From the NCBI GenBank assembly GCA_965214935.1, contig CBDCCS010000021.1:64001-128000 (forward strand): a stretch of 64,000 nucleotides of DNA, read 5' to 3'. Origin of the DNA: Candidatus Velthaea sp. Lineage in GTDB: Bacteria > Vulcanimicrobiota > Vulcanimicrobiia > Vulcanimicrobiales > Vulcanimicrobiaceae. Position numbers and translations under genes: made by a program. This document shows, one piece after another, positions 16,810 to 26,480 of this stretch. The notes below the pieces were generated by a model that did no database searches, was not told the origin of the DNA, and saw nothing but the letters and a program-made list of their open reading frames with translations. Each line of letters begins with the position of its first letter. The stretch's first letter is position 1.

Positions 16810-18186
16810 GTGCGGGCCTCAGCGACGATCGTCGACACCAAGCCGATTTGGCGCACGTTGCTCGCGTTTCTAATACCGCTAATGCTTAGCAACGTGCTGC
16901 AGTCTGCATCGGCGACGATCAACAGCATCTATCTCGGGCAAATGATCGGCATCCGCGCGCTCGCGGCGGTTTCCGGTTTCTTTCCCGTGCTGTTTTTCCT
17001 CATTTCCTTTTTTATCGGTATCTCGAGCGGCAGCACGGTGCTCATCGGCCAAGCCTACGGCGCGAATGACATGGCTCGGATACGCGCCATAGCCGGTACG
17101 ACCTTAACGATCGCGCTTGGACTTGGCGTCGTCGTCGGGATTGTGGGCGGCTTGTTGACGCAGCCGCTCCTGCACCTGATCGGTACGCCCGCCGACATCT
17201 TTGTCTTAAGCGTATCGTACGCGCAAGTGACGTTCTTTGCACTTCCGATCTTCTTTGTCTATCTCGGCTACACGACGTTCATGCGCGGCGTCGGCGACTC
17301 GCGAACGCCGTTCTACTTCCTCATCTTGAGTACCGGGCTCGGCATCTTTCTTACCCCGGCGTTTATCTCCGGCTGGCTCGGGTTACCGCGCTTCGGCGTG
17401 GCAAGTGCCGCGGTCGCCTCGCTGCTGGCAAATCTTATCGGGCTCATCGGGCTTCTGATACTGCTCGGTCGGCGAAAAGATCCGCTTGCACTCAATCGCT
17501 CGATGCTCGGAGCACTGCACATTCGGCCCGACATCTTCTCGGCAATCGTCCGCATCGGCTTGCCGACCGGCGTTCAACTCGTTATGGCATCGCTCTCCGA
17601 GATCGCCGTAATTTCGTTCGTCAACCACTTTGGTTCGCGGGCAACGGCGGCCTACGGCGCCGTGAATCAAATTGTAAGCTACGTGCAATTTCCTGCGCTC
17701 AGTATCGGCATCGCGTCGTCGATCTTCGGCGCGCAGTCGATCGGCGCACAACGACTCGATCGGCTCGGAGCGATCGTTCGTTCAGGCGTGACGCTCAACT
17801 ACATCATCGGCGGTATCCTCATCGCGCTTGCGTACACGTTCGACCACGCCATTCTCAGCGCGTTCGTCCGCGATCCCGCTACGTTGGCACTTGCGCACGA
17901 TCTGCTCGTTATCACGTTGTGGAGCTACGTTATTTTCGGCAACAATAGTGTCTTGTCCGGCGTTATGCGCTCGAGCGGGACGGTGCTCTGGCCGACTGCC
18001 ATTAGTATCTTCTCGATTTGGGCCATCGAAGTACCCGTTGCGTACGTACTGTCGCAGCATACGAGTCTGGGGCTACGCGGCGTTTGGTTCGCGTATCCGG
18101 CAGCCTTTATTGCCGGGCTCATCTTGCAGACGTCGTACTACTTATTTGTCTGGCGTAGGCGTCAGCTCACTCCAATCGCCGCTTGA
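16810..18186 (+). CDS. MATE-family efflux transporter (start uncertain)
   Basis: PLMLSNVLQ, IGQAYGA, RGVGDSRTP, two 6-TM halves. Confidence 0.9.
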   Translation: MRASATIVDTKPIWRTLLAFLIPLMLSNVLQSASATINSIYLGQMIGIRALAAVSGFFPVLFFLISFFIGISSGSTVLIGQAYGANDMARIRAIAGTTLTIALGLGVVVGIVGGLLTQPLLHLIGTPADIFVLSVSYAQVTFFALPIFFVYLGYTTFMRGVGDSRTPFYFLILSTGLGIFLTPAFISGWLGLPRFGVASAAVASLLANLIGLIGLLILLGRRKDPLALNRSMLGALHIRPDIFSAIVRIGLPTGVQLVMASLSEIAVISFVNHFGSRATAAYGAVNQIVSYVQFPALSIGIASSIFGAQSIGAQRLDRLGAIVRSGVTLNYIIGGILIALAYTFDHAILSAFVRDPATLALAHDLLVITLWSYVIFGNNSVLSGVMRSSGTVLWPTAISIFSIWAIEVPVAYVLSQHTSLGLRGVWFAYPAAFIAGLILQTSYYLFVWRRRQLTPIAA

Positions 18187-18248
18187 AGGCTTGTGCCAAA
18201 CGACAAGCTTGGACGACGGAGAACCGAAGCCGCCGCCCGTCGCGTAAC

Positions 18249-18554
18249 CTACGTCTGCGCGTCTTGCGGGTCGTCGAGCCTTAGCATTGCGACGACGACT
18301 TCGGCGAGCACCGCTTTCGAACGCGATGTCGAATTGGTCGGCCGGTAGCCGTCGAGTTCGGGCTGTATCTCGGCGGCCAAACCGCTCGCCGACTCATCGT
18401 CCCCACTGCGGCGCGCCGCTTCCATCGCGCGCAAGCGTTCGACGAGCGATTGCAGCGTGAGGCCATCGGAATCCGAGGCAGCCGCGCGACGAGCCACGTC
18501 GCCGGCAAGGCGATCGATCGCCTCGGTTATTTCTGCGTCCGAATAGCGCTGCAT
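18249..18554 (-). CDS. Hypothetical helical protein coupled to prk
   Basis: ATG 1 nt after the prk stop; 101 aa. Confidence 0.6.
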   Translation of the reverse strand: MQRYSDAEITEAIDRLAGDVARRAAASDSDGLTLQSLVERLRAMEAARRSGDDESASGLAAEIQPELDGYRPTNSTSRSKAVLAEVVVAMLRLDDPQDAQT

Positions 18555-18555
18555 T

Positions 18556-19431
18556 TCAAAAGGCTCGCTTCTTGCGATCGAGTAGTTGCCAGATCATGGG
18601 CGGAAAGATTAACTGCATGGCGAGGTCCATCTTTCCGCCGGGGCACACGATCGTGTTGGCGCGCGACATGAATGAGTCGTGCAACATCGATAGCAGGTAC
18701 GGAAAATCGATCCCCTTGGGACTGGTGAAACGTATCACCAGCATGCTTTCGTCGAGCGTCGGTATCGTTCGCGCGATGAACGGATTGGATGTATCGACGA
18801 TCGGTACGCGTTGAAAATTGACATTCGTTCGTGAAAATTGCGGCACGATGTAGTTCACGTAATCCGGCATGCGGCGCAAGATCGTATCGACGATCGCCTC
18901 TTGCGAGTGGCCGCGCGCGGTACTGTCGCGATGCAGTTTCTGGATCCACTCGAGATTGATCGTCGGCACGACACCGACGATCAGATCCGCGTGTTTCGCG
19001 ACATCGACTTTGTCGGTAGCTACGGCGCCGTGCAGGCCCTCGTAAAAAAGTAGGTCCGTCCCCGGACCGATATCTTTCCAGGGCACGAACGTGCCCGGCG
19101 GTTGGCCGTACGGCGCCGCTTCTTCGGCATCGTGTAAATAGAGACGCGAGCGTCCACGCCCGCTTTCACCATACGTGCGAAACAGCGTCTCGAGTTCCTC
19201 GAACAGATTCGCTTCGGGACCGAAATGGCTGAAATGATTGTTACCGGCAGCTTGTTGCTCGGCCATCAACGCGCGCATTTCGGCGCGATCGTAGCGGTGA
19301 AACGCATCGCCCTCGACGATCGCCGGCGTAAGCTTTTCGCGCCGGAAGATTTGTTGAAACGTCGTCTTGACCGTCGTCGTTCCGGCTCCCGACGAACCGG
19401 TGATTACGAGAACGGGGTGCTTGGCCGACAT
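18556..19431 (-). CDS. prk: Phosphoribulokinase (proteobacterial-type CbbP)
   Basis: ITGSSGAGTT, EGDAFHRYDR, FSHFGPEANLF, LLFYEGLHG, NLEWIQKLHRD, NFQRVP. Confidence 0.96.
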   Translation of the reverse strand: MSAKHPVLVITGSSGAGTTTVKTTFQQIFRREKLTPAIVEGDAFHRYDRAEMRALMAEQQAAGNNHFSHFGPEANLFEELETLFRTYGESGRGRSRLYLHDAEEAAPYGQPPGTFVPWKDIGPGTDLLFYEGLHGAVATDKVDVAKHADLIVGVVPTINLEWIQKLHRDSTARGHSQEAIVDTILRRMPDYVNYIVPQFSRTNVNFQRVPIVDTSNPFIARTIPTLDESMLVIRFTSPKGIDFPYLLSMLHDSFMSRANTIVCPGGKMDLAMQLIFPPMIWQLLDRKKRAF

Positions 19432-19440
19432 AACGTTCCT

Positions 19441-20496
19441 TTACAAGCTGCGAAAGAGCGAACGCGGCTTGAAAAGCGGCGTCTCGAATTGCAATTCTTC
19501 GCCGCGATCGTACTCGCGATGAAACCGAGTCAAGCGCTCGACTTCGCTGCGCGAACCGAGAATAACGGGGATTCGTTCGTGTAAGGTTTCCGGCACGACG
19601 TCGAGGATGCGCTCGCGGCCGGTCGAAGCGGCGCCGCCGGCTTCCTCAACGATCATCGCCATCGGATTCGCCTCGTACAAAAGTCGGCGCCGGCCGTGCC
19701 GCGAGCCGTCGCCCGTGTCACGCGGATCGATGAATAGGCCGCCGCGCATGAGAATGCGATGCACGTCGATGACCAGCGAGTCGACCCAGCGTAAGTTGAA
19801 ATCGTCACCGCGCGAGCCGGCTCGTCCCGCGATGCACTCCTCGACATAGTGGCGGACCGGCGGCTCCCAAAAACGCTCGTTCGCAGCATCGACGGCAAAT
19901 TCGCGGGTTTGTTCGGGGATGCGCATGTCCGGATGCGTCAAGGTGTACGCGCCGATCTCGCGGTCGAGCGTAAATCCGTGCACGCCCGCGCCCAGCGTGA
20001 TGACTAACAGCGATGTCGGGCCGTATAGCGCAAAGCCGGCGGCAATCTGTTGCGTTCCGGGTTGTAAGAAATCGGCGATGCCGGCGGTTTCGACACCGGC
20101 AGGTGCCCGCAGTACGCTAAAAATCGTGCCGACCGTCACGTTCACATCTAAGTTCGACGATCCGTCCAGTGCATCGAAGGCCAGCAAATACCGCCCGCGC
20201 GGATACTCAACGGGGATAACGTACGGCTCGTCGACACCCTCATAGATCATCGCGGAAAGTTTGCCGCCGGACTCGCATTCACGCAGCATGATTTCATTTG
20301 CCAACGCGCGCAATTCTTGCGTTTCGCCGGCCGGCGCAACGTTCCGATACAACACGCCGCGCGAAACGGCCGACGCGATGAACTTACAAGCCGTCTGAAT
20401 ATCGTTGAGCAGCGCCGTAAGATCGGTATCATGGCTTATGCGGCGGCGCTGATCTTCGATGATAAATCGGCTGAATGTCGTACGATTGTGCGGCAT
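19441..20496 (-). CDS. cbbF: Class 1 fructose-1,6-bisphosphatase homologue (CbbF-like) with altered active-site motifs
   Basis: D(A)LDGSSN, GTIFS, AAGFALYGP, GFTLD, RLLYEANP; GGGGAG RBS before ATG 20496. Confidence 0.85.
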   Translation of the reverse strand: MPHNRTTFSRFIIEDQRRRISHDTDLTALLNDIQTACKFIASAVSRGVLYRNVAPAGETQELRALANEIMLRECESGGKLSAMIYEGVDEPYVIPVEYPRGRYLLAFDALDGSSNLDVNVTVGTIFSVLRAPAGVETAGIADFLQPGTQQIAAGFALYGPTSLLVITLGAGVHGFTLDREIGAYTLTHPDMRIPEQTREFAVDAANERFWEPPVRHYVEECIAGRAGSRGDDFNLRWVDSLVIDVHRILMRGGLFIDPRDTGDGSRHGRRRLLYEANPMAMIVEEAGGAASTGRERILDVVPETLHERIPVILGSRSEVERLTRFHREYDRGEELQFETPLFKPRSLFRSL

Positions 20497-20734
20497 CGCG
20501 CTCTCCCCGGACGGTTTACCGCCCGTCACGCATGCTTCCCGGCCAAATGAGCCGATTCCGTTGTACGCAAGCGTCGCCGTTGGCCAAAGATAAGAGCCAG
20601 GTGGTGCACGTTAACCGCGCGGCGGTTGCCGAACGGCCGTTCTATCGATAGCGTGTCACTAGCGACTCGTCGTTGTATACATACTTGGAAAAGGAGATTA
20701 GGTTGACGATCTACCGTTCGTTGAGGCATGCAGC

Positions 20735-21556
20735 GTGAGTTCGGCAATGTACGGGATCGTGCCGCAACGCACGACCGACCGCCGCGAAGCATTCGCCATC
20801 CTTCGCTCGGCCGGCGCCGTTATTCTCGAAGATTCCGGCGCATCACGTGATGATGCGCGGTCGGTCGCCGAGTCGATTCTTGCGCCGCTTTCGCCGGTCG
20901 TCCCCGATCCCGCGCCGATTAAAGAAGGCGGCGGCAATCGCGATCGCACGTACGTCACCTCGAACCTTGAAGAAACGCTCGTCGTGCCGTTTCAATCCGG
21001 CCATACCGATGGTTTCGCGTACGGTGATCGCTATCCGGACTACATCTTTCTGCTCTGCGTACGGGCAGCCGAAAGCGGCGGCGAATCGTTTGCCGTCGAC
21101 ACGTATGCGATGCTCGAAGCGCTGCAACGTTCGGCATCGGCAGAGGACCGTGCATTCGTCGAGTTCCTGCATACAGTGCCGGTCGAGCAAACCGAACCGG
21201 GCTTTCGCGCGTCGTTCGCACCGCCGATTCTCGACAATGGGCGCGGGCGAAAGATGTCGCGCTGGACGCCCGTGCAACGGCCCAACGCGATGTTACCCGC
21301 CGCCGAGAGTGAGCGCCAACGCGGGTGGCTCGCGCGCTGGACCGAGATGGCCCTCAACGCCTCCCTTGACGCGCCGCGCTTTCTGCTACGCCCGGGCGAC
21401 ACGATTTGTCTGGATAACTATCGAATGCTGCACGGCCGTAACGGCTTCAACGATACGGAACGCGCGTTGTGGCGCATTTGGGCCTGGACGACGGAGTCGC
21501 TCGGCGCGCCGGACGGACTATTATTTTCCGACAGCCGCTTTGCCGTCGTTGATTAA
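20735..21556 (+). CDS. TauD/TfdA-family Fe(II)/2-oxoglutarate dioxygenase
   Basis: HTDG facial-triad motif, GGES, DNYRMLHGR. Confidence 0.88.
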   Translation: MSSAMYGIVPQRTTDRREAFAILRSAGAVILEDSGASRDDARSVAESILAPLSPVVPDPAPIKEGGGNRDRTYVTSNLEETLVVPFQSGHTDGFAYGDRYPDYIFLLCVRAAESGGESFAVDTYAMLEALQRSASAEDRAFVEFLHTVPVEQTEPGFRASFAPPILDNGRGRKMSRWTPVQRPNAMLPAAESERQRGWLARWTEMALNASLDAPRFLLRPGDTICLDNYRMLHGRNGFNDTERALWRIWAWTTESLGAPDGLLFSDSRFAVVD

Positions 21557-21568
21557 AGCGCTGCACGA

Positions 21569-22600
21569 ATGCGCCGTGATGCATTTCTTGCCGGCGGCCT
21601 TGTCGCCGGAGCAGCCGCCGCGCGAGGTCTCCCGCCGCAAAGCGCATACGCCGCGCCGGCATCCGACGAGACGGTCACCACCCAGTTGCTGTGGATAAAA
21701 AATGTCGAAGCCGCGGGCCTATGGATCGCCGATGCGAACGGCTATTTCCGCGCCACGCACATAACGTCCACGGTTCTGGCCGGAGGCCCGTCGCTGGCGA
21801 GCGTCGAGGCGCTGGTGGTCGGCGGACGGGCCGATGTGGGCTTGGATCAGATCGAGCGGATCGCCGACGCATCGGCGGCCGGGGCGGACCTCGTCATTAT
21901 CGGTGCCGTGTTTCAGCAGAGCCCGGCCGGCCTTGTTTCGTTAGCGGCGCATCCGATTCGCAGCGCGCGCGATATCATCGGCAAACGTATCGGTTTACAG
22001 CAGGGCGCACGGCTTTATATCGATGCGATTATGGACGTCAATCACTTGCCGCGTAACTACACCGAAGTCGTCGTCGGCTTCGACCCGCAACCGCTCGTTG
22101 CCGGGGCGTGCGACGCGTATCTTTGCTTCGTGACGAATCAGCCGCTCATCTTAGCCGAGCAGGGAATCGCGCACGTCGTCGTGAGCTTCGAGCAGCTGGG
22201 CCTAGCGAACTACGGCGAATGTTTATTTTGCACGCGCGACTATCTGCAGACGCATCGGGCGACGCTCGTGCGCTATATGCGCGCGCTGCAACGAGGCTGG
22301 ACGCAGAACGCGAAAGATCCGGCGCTTGCGGCTCGGCTCGCAACGCAAACGTACGGCGCGACGCTGGGACTTGAAGAACGCCAGCAACTCGCGGAAAACC
22401 GGGCGCAGATTCCGCTGACGCAAAGCGCGCAGACTCGCACGAACGGGCTGCTTGCAATCGATCCGCAACGCGTCGCGGGTCCGATCTACACGAGTCTGCG
22501 CGCGACCGGCCGAACGAAGTTGCCGGACATCGGACGCTTCATCGATACGGCGATTCTGCGCGAAGCGACGGCCGCCAACCGGCGCGACCGGTTCATCTAA
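21569..22600 (+). CDS. NMT1/THI5/SsuA-like ABC substrate-binding protein with Tat-like signal
   Basis: MRRDAFLAGG; QLLWIKNVE, GYF, IGAVFQQSP, GKRIG, FVTNQP. Confidence 0.85.
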   Translation: MRRDAFLAGGLVAGAAAARGLPPQSAYAAPASDETVTTQLLWIKNVEAAGLWIADANGYFRATHITSTVLAGGPSLASVEALVVGGRADVGLDQIERIADASAAGADLVIIGAVFQQSPAGLVSLAAHPIRSARDIIGKRIGLQQGARLYIDAIMDVNHLPRNYTEVVVGFDPQPLVAGACDAYLCFVTNQPLILAEQGIAHVVVSFEQLGLANYGECLFCTRDYLQTHRATLVRYMRALQRGWTQNAKDPALAARLATQTYGATLGLEERQQLAENRAQIPLTQSAQTRTNGLLAIDPQRVAGPIYTSLRATGRTKLPDIGRFIDTAILREATAANRRDRFI

Positions 22601-23612
22601 GTTTAGCAGCAGCCGCGCGCGCAATCGCCGCAGCTTCGACGTCACGACGTTCGGCCGGCGTGAGAAAGGCGATTGCGAGTGAATTGCGCTGTGCTTGCGC
22701 AACCTCGGCATCGGTAAGGCCGGCGCATGCCGCCGCGACCGTCATCTCGTGCGGCCAATCGATGCCGCTGATCACCGGATTGTCGGTATTGATGGTGGCA
22801 CGGATACCATGTGCGAGAAACGCTTTGAGCGGGTGCGCCGCGAAGCTCTCGACGCTGTTGGTCTGCACGTTACTCGTCAGGTTCATTTCAACGCCGATGC
22901 CTTCGTACGCTAAATAATCCATGAGCGCCGGATCGTCGACCGCGCGCGTGCCGTGACCGATTCGCGTTGCGCCGAGATCGCGCAGCGCCGACCAGATACT
23001 TGCAGCCGTTCCGGCTTCACCGGCATGGACGGTGACCGCCCAACCGGCATCGCGTCCGCGCGCGAAATGCTCGCGAAACAGCGCGGCGGGCCAACGACGT
23101 TCGTCGCCGGCAAGATCGAGTGCCGCAATTCGGTCGCGCTGCGTGAGCAGTGCTTCGAGTTCGGCCGTACACGCTTGCGGGCCGAACGTTCGGCTTAAGA
23201 TACCGATCAGCTTGACCTTGATGCCCGTTTGTCTGCGACCTTCTTCGATACCGGCGACGACGGCTTCAACGACTGCGGCCGGATCGAGACCGTGCGGCTG
23301 CGCTTGAAAGTACGGGCTAAAACGCAACTCGACGTAGTCGAGTCCATCGCGCTGCGCGTCTTCGACATTTTCGCGCGCGATGCGCCGGCAGGCGTCGACG
23401 TCGGCAACGACCGCCGTCATCCAGTGCAGCCGTTGCAACCATGACACGAGGTCGGGCATGACGCCGGCGACTTCAACGTGCGGCCGCAGTTCCTCGCTCG
23501 TCGTACCCGGCAACGTCACTCCATGCGCGCGGCCCAAGTCGAGAATCGTTTGTAAACGCACGTTGCCGTCGAGATGCCGGTGCAGATCGATGCGTGGAAG
23601 CCTCGGGTCCAT
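22593..23612 (-). CDS. add: Adenosine deaminase
   Basis: DLHRHLDG, YVELRFSP, DLAGDE, TVHAGE, RIGHG, NTDNP; TAATG overlap with the upstream gene. Confidence 0.93.
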   Translation of the reverse strand: MDPRLPRIDLHRHLDGNVRLQTILDLGRAHGVTLPGTTSEELRPHVEVAGVMPDLVSWLQRLHWMTAVVADVDACRRIARENVEDAQRDGLDYVELRFSPYFQAQPHGLDPAAVVEAVVAGIEEGRRQTGIKVKLIGILSRTFGPQACTAELEALLTQRDRIAALDLAGDERRWPAALFREHFARGRDAGWAVTVHAGEAGTAASIWSALRDLGATRIGHGTRAVDDPALMDYLAYEGIGVEMNLTSNVQTNSVESFAAHPLKAFLAHGIRATINTDNPVISGIDWPHEMTVAAACAGLTDAEVAQAQRNSLAIAFLTPAERRDVEAAAIARAAAAKLR

Positions 23613-24385
23613 TAGCGCGGCAATGCCTGCACGAAGTGCATCGTCCAACGCGCTGCGGCGGCGGCGGCAATCTGACCCAGGCGGCGGTAGTCGTTGCCGG
23701 GGTTGGGCTGCGTGCGATTGCTGCCGGCGCGGAAAACGATGTGCGGCGTCTCGAGCTGGTGACAAACCTGCGCGATTGCGGCACTTTCCATTTCCATGAT
23801 ATCCGGATCGAGCTTCGCGCGCATGTCGGCGATTTTTTCCGGCGACACGCCGAACATGTCGCTGGCGGTAACGATGCCCGTCACAACGGCGGGACGATAT
23901 GTCTCGCCGTCAACGCGAATCGCCTCCGCTCGATACGTTTTCGCGACGGATCTCGCCAACGCCAGCAAGTCGCGATTCGGCCGGTAGAACCAGGACGTCA
24001 TCTGGTCCGGCAACGGACCGCGAACGTTGCGGTAGACCATGCCGTCGGCAGTCAAACTCCCGGCGGCATGATGAATCGTTTTCGTTGAAATGACGACATC
24101 GCCGGTCCGGATCCGTGTATGAAAGCGTGAACCGGTGCCGGTGACGATGAGCCGCGCCGGACGGAATCGCTGCACGAAGAGCGCCGCAACCATTGCGCCG
24201 TTCGTTACACCGACGCCGGTAACCGCCACAACGACGCGCCGGCCGTTCAAGCGTCCGGCGTGATAGGGAAAACAGGCAAGCATGCCGGACGTCGCGCGGC
24301 TGAGGTTGCCCGCAACAAGCCGAACTTCCGACGGCATGGCGCCGAGTATCAAGGTCGTGCCGGCTGCCGTTGCCGCGCCGCTCAC
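23612..24385 (-). CDS. MTA/SAH nucleosidase-family protein (PNP_UDP_1 fold), Asn at the catalytic Asp position
   Basis: ILGAMPSE, GVGVTNGA, GDVVIS, MEMESAAIAQVC, FRAGSN; GTGA overlap with the MFS stop. Confidence 0.85.
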   Translation of the reverse strand: MSGAATAAGTTLILGAMPSEVRLVAGNLSRATSGMLACFPYHAGRLNGRRVVVAVTGVGVTNGAMVAALFVQRFRPARLIVTGTGSRFHTRIRTGDVVISTKTIHHAAGSLTADGMVYRNVRGPLPDQMTSWFYRPNRDLLALARSVAKTYRAEAIRVDGETYRPAVVTGIVTASDMFGVSPEKIADMRAKLDPDIMEMESAAIAQVCHQLETPHIVFRAGSNRTQPNPGNDYRRLGQIAAAAAARWTMHFVQALPR

Positions 24386-25680
24386 CCGGCTACCGCCGGT
24401 GCCGGCCGGTGCTCGCGTGCTGCTCGCTCGAGCGCAAGCGCCGCTAAAACCGCAAGCAATGCCGTTGCATAACATCCGAGCGTCATGAACGGACCGGCAT
24501 GCGGGCCGAGCGCATGCACGACGTTCGCGCTAACGACCGGCGCAATCGTTCCGCCGATGCTGCCCGACAGCAGCAAGAACGTCACGAGCAAAGGCGGTGC
24601 CGTAGCGATCTGTTCGGAGCCGATCGAGATCATAAGTTTGTACATGCACGTCGACGAAAAACCGAAGCCCAGCGTCACGGCGAAAAAGGCGGCCACGTTC
24701 GCCGTTGTCGCCAGTAACGCCAAACAAAACACGGCAATGCTCGTTGCCCCGACCAGCACGCGGCGCGGTTGTATGCGCGCGGTCAGGAGCGCGGCTACGA
24801 TCAAACCGAAAACCGATGGTCCCCAGAAGCTGCTTACCACACCGCCGGCCTGCAAAGCCGGAACGCCGAAGACAACGTGTAGATAGCTGGGCGCCCATAA
24901 GAGAAAGACGCTTTGCCCGCACAAGTATAGCGCCAGTCCGACGCCGTACAGCGCGATGCGGCTCATTGCGCCGCGTTGTAAGGTCGGCGGCGCACTTCTC
25001 TTCACGGCGCGGTCCGGCAGCACGCGCGGAAACGTAATCCAGCGCATTCCGGCGAGCATCAACATGGCAATCGCTCCGGCAGCGAGATAGCCGGACGACC
25101 AGCGGTAGCCACGCGCGATTGCAACGCCCGCGATGACCGGAAAGACGAAGCCCGCAATGCTGAAGGCGCAATCCGTGGCAAGGAACGCAACGGCGCGCCG
25201 GTTGGCTGCAAACGTCTTCGAGATGATCACGGCTCCGGCCGACAAACCGAGGCCGCCGCCGAAGCCGACACACGCAAGCGCGAAACAGGCGATCGGAAAA
25301 GCGTGCGTCGCGAGCAAAACCGCAATGCCGGCGAATAACACTCCGTACGCCACGGCAAACGTGCCCTTGATCGACACTGCACGGAAAGCGAACATGCTTG
25401 CGATGATGCCGATGAGGTTGCCGCCGACGAGGTACGAAAAGATGCTCGCGGTCGCCGTGATGCTAAGCCCGAAATATGCGGCCGCCGGGGCGAGGATCAC
25501 TCCGCTTTGGGTGAAAAATCCGGCCATGACGACATAGCTCAGAACCGCTACGATCGTCGGCGGCAGCTGCGCTTGCGGCCACGGAAGACTGCCGGGCGCA
25601 AGCGCTGTATGAATCGAGGCCACGATTGCGCGTTTAGGCCTCGGGTAACGCGCTTCCCGGTCGAAACCCGTTCGAGCCAA
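24382..25680 (-). CDS. MFS transporter, TsgA-like (start uncertain)
   Basis: 12 TM segments; TDCAFSIAGFVFP and LWAPSY segments resemble enterobacterial TsgA as I recall it. Confidence 0.75.
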   Translation of the reverse strand: MARTGFDREARYPRPKRAIVASIHTALAPGSLPWPQAQLPPTIVAVLSYVVMAGFFTQSGVILAPAAAYFGLSITATASIFSYLVGGNLIGIIASMFAFRAVSIKGTFAVAYGVLFAGIAVLLATHAFPIACFALACVGFGGGLGLSAGAVIISKTFAANRRAVAFLATDCAFSIAGFVFPVIAGVAIARGYRWSSGYLAAGAIAMLMLAGMRWITFPRVLPDRAVKRSAPPTLQRGAMSRIALYGVGLALYLCGQSVFLLWAPSYLHVVFGVPALQAGGVVSSFWGPSVFGLIVAALLTARIQPRRVLVGATSIAVFCLALLATTANVAAFFAVTLGFGFSSTCMYKLMISIGSEQIATAPPLLVTFLLLSGSIGGTIAPVVSANVVHALGPHAGPFMTLGCYATALLAVLAALALERAAREHRPAPAVAG

Positions 25681-25792
25681 ACACTCTCGTTAGCAGGCTA
25701 GGCGCAAAGTCGACTCGTGCGACACGTCTTGCACGATTCACCGATTTACACGAAAGCAGCGACCGATCTGATCGCTCAGCTCGGATTACCGT

Positions 25793-26005
25793 CTACGAGG
25801 CGATTGACTCATGGCCGAGCGCATCGATCCGTACGACGTCGGAAATAGACAGCGACAAGTCGCGCACGTCGCCGAAGAAGTACGCCGAAACGGCACTAGG
25901 CGATAAGATATCGGTGCGAAACCGTCCGCTGAACACTTGGCCCTCGACGAGCGTAATTCGAACGCGTCCGGCGCGCGCACGATGGATGAATTCAGCGATC
26001 TGCAT
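25793..26005 (-). CDS. Small hypothetical protein (70 aa), possible Sm-like fold
   Basis: AAGGAG RBS; RVRITLVEGQVFSGRF...LSISDVVRID. Confidence 0.75.
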   Translation of the reverse strand: MQIAEFIHRARAGRVRITLVEGQVFSGRFRTDILSPSAVSAYFFGDVRDLSLSISDVVRIDALGHESIAS

Positions 26006-26480
26006 ATCGAGCCAATCTCCTTACGTACATCCGGGTGAACGACACGAGCGGTTTATGCGATACGAGCCGGTCCGTCGACTGACGATAGCGCTTGGCGCAA
26101 TCGTCGTTCCGTAGCGCAAGTCACCGGACGGCCACGCCCTTGCAATGCGGCAGCATCCCGGTACCGAGGTTTTCGTTCGTCACACGAACTGCCGGTCGTC
26201 GGTCACCGATTCGCATTCGATTGAAGCTCGCACGCAAACGGCGCTGAACCGGATGCGTATGAGCGCGTGTTTGCCGTAGAAAAGCACGAGCACAATGGTT
26301 GCGTGCTGGACGAGGCAGCAGAGCGTTCTTGTAAAGACTCGTCGTCGCGATGCATGCGACAATGTTCCGGCGGCGAAGTCTAAGACCGTTGACGTCAAGC
26401 GGCTTGTGCGGCTGCGTGGCTTTTTTGCTCCTTCGGAAATATTCCATTCCGTATCGCGCCGTACTAAAGGGATCCCGATC

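Noticed and set aside
18249..18554. CP12-like PRK regulator
   Set aside because: No Cys pairs and no AWD.VEEL core.
26300..26440. c-di-GMP or other riboswitch ahead of the LamG-GH gene
   Set aside because: A T-run is present but no recognisable aptamer consensus.
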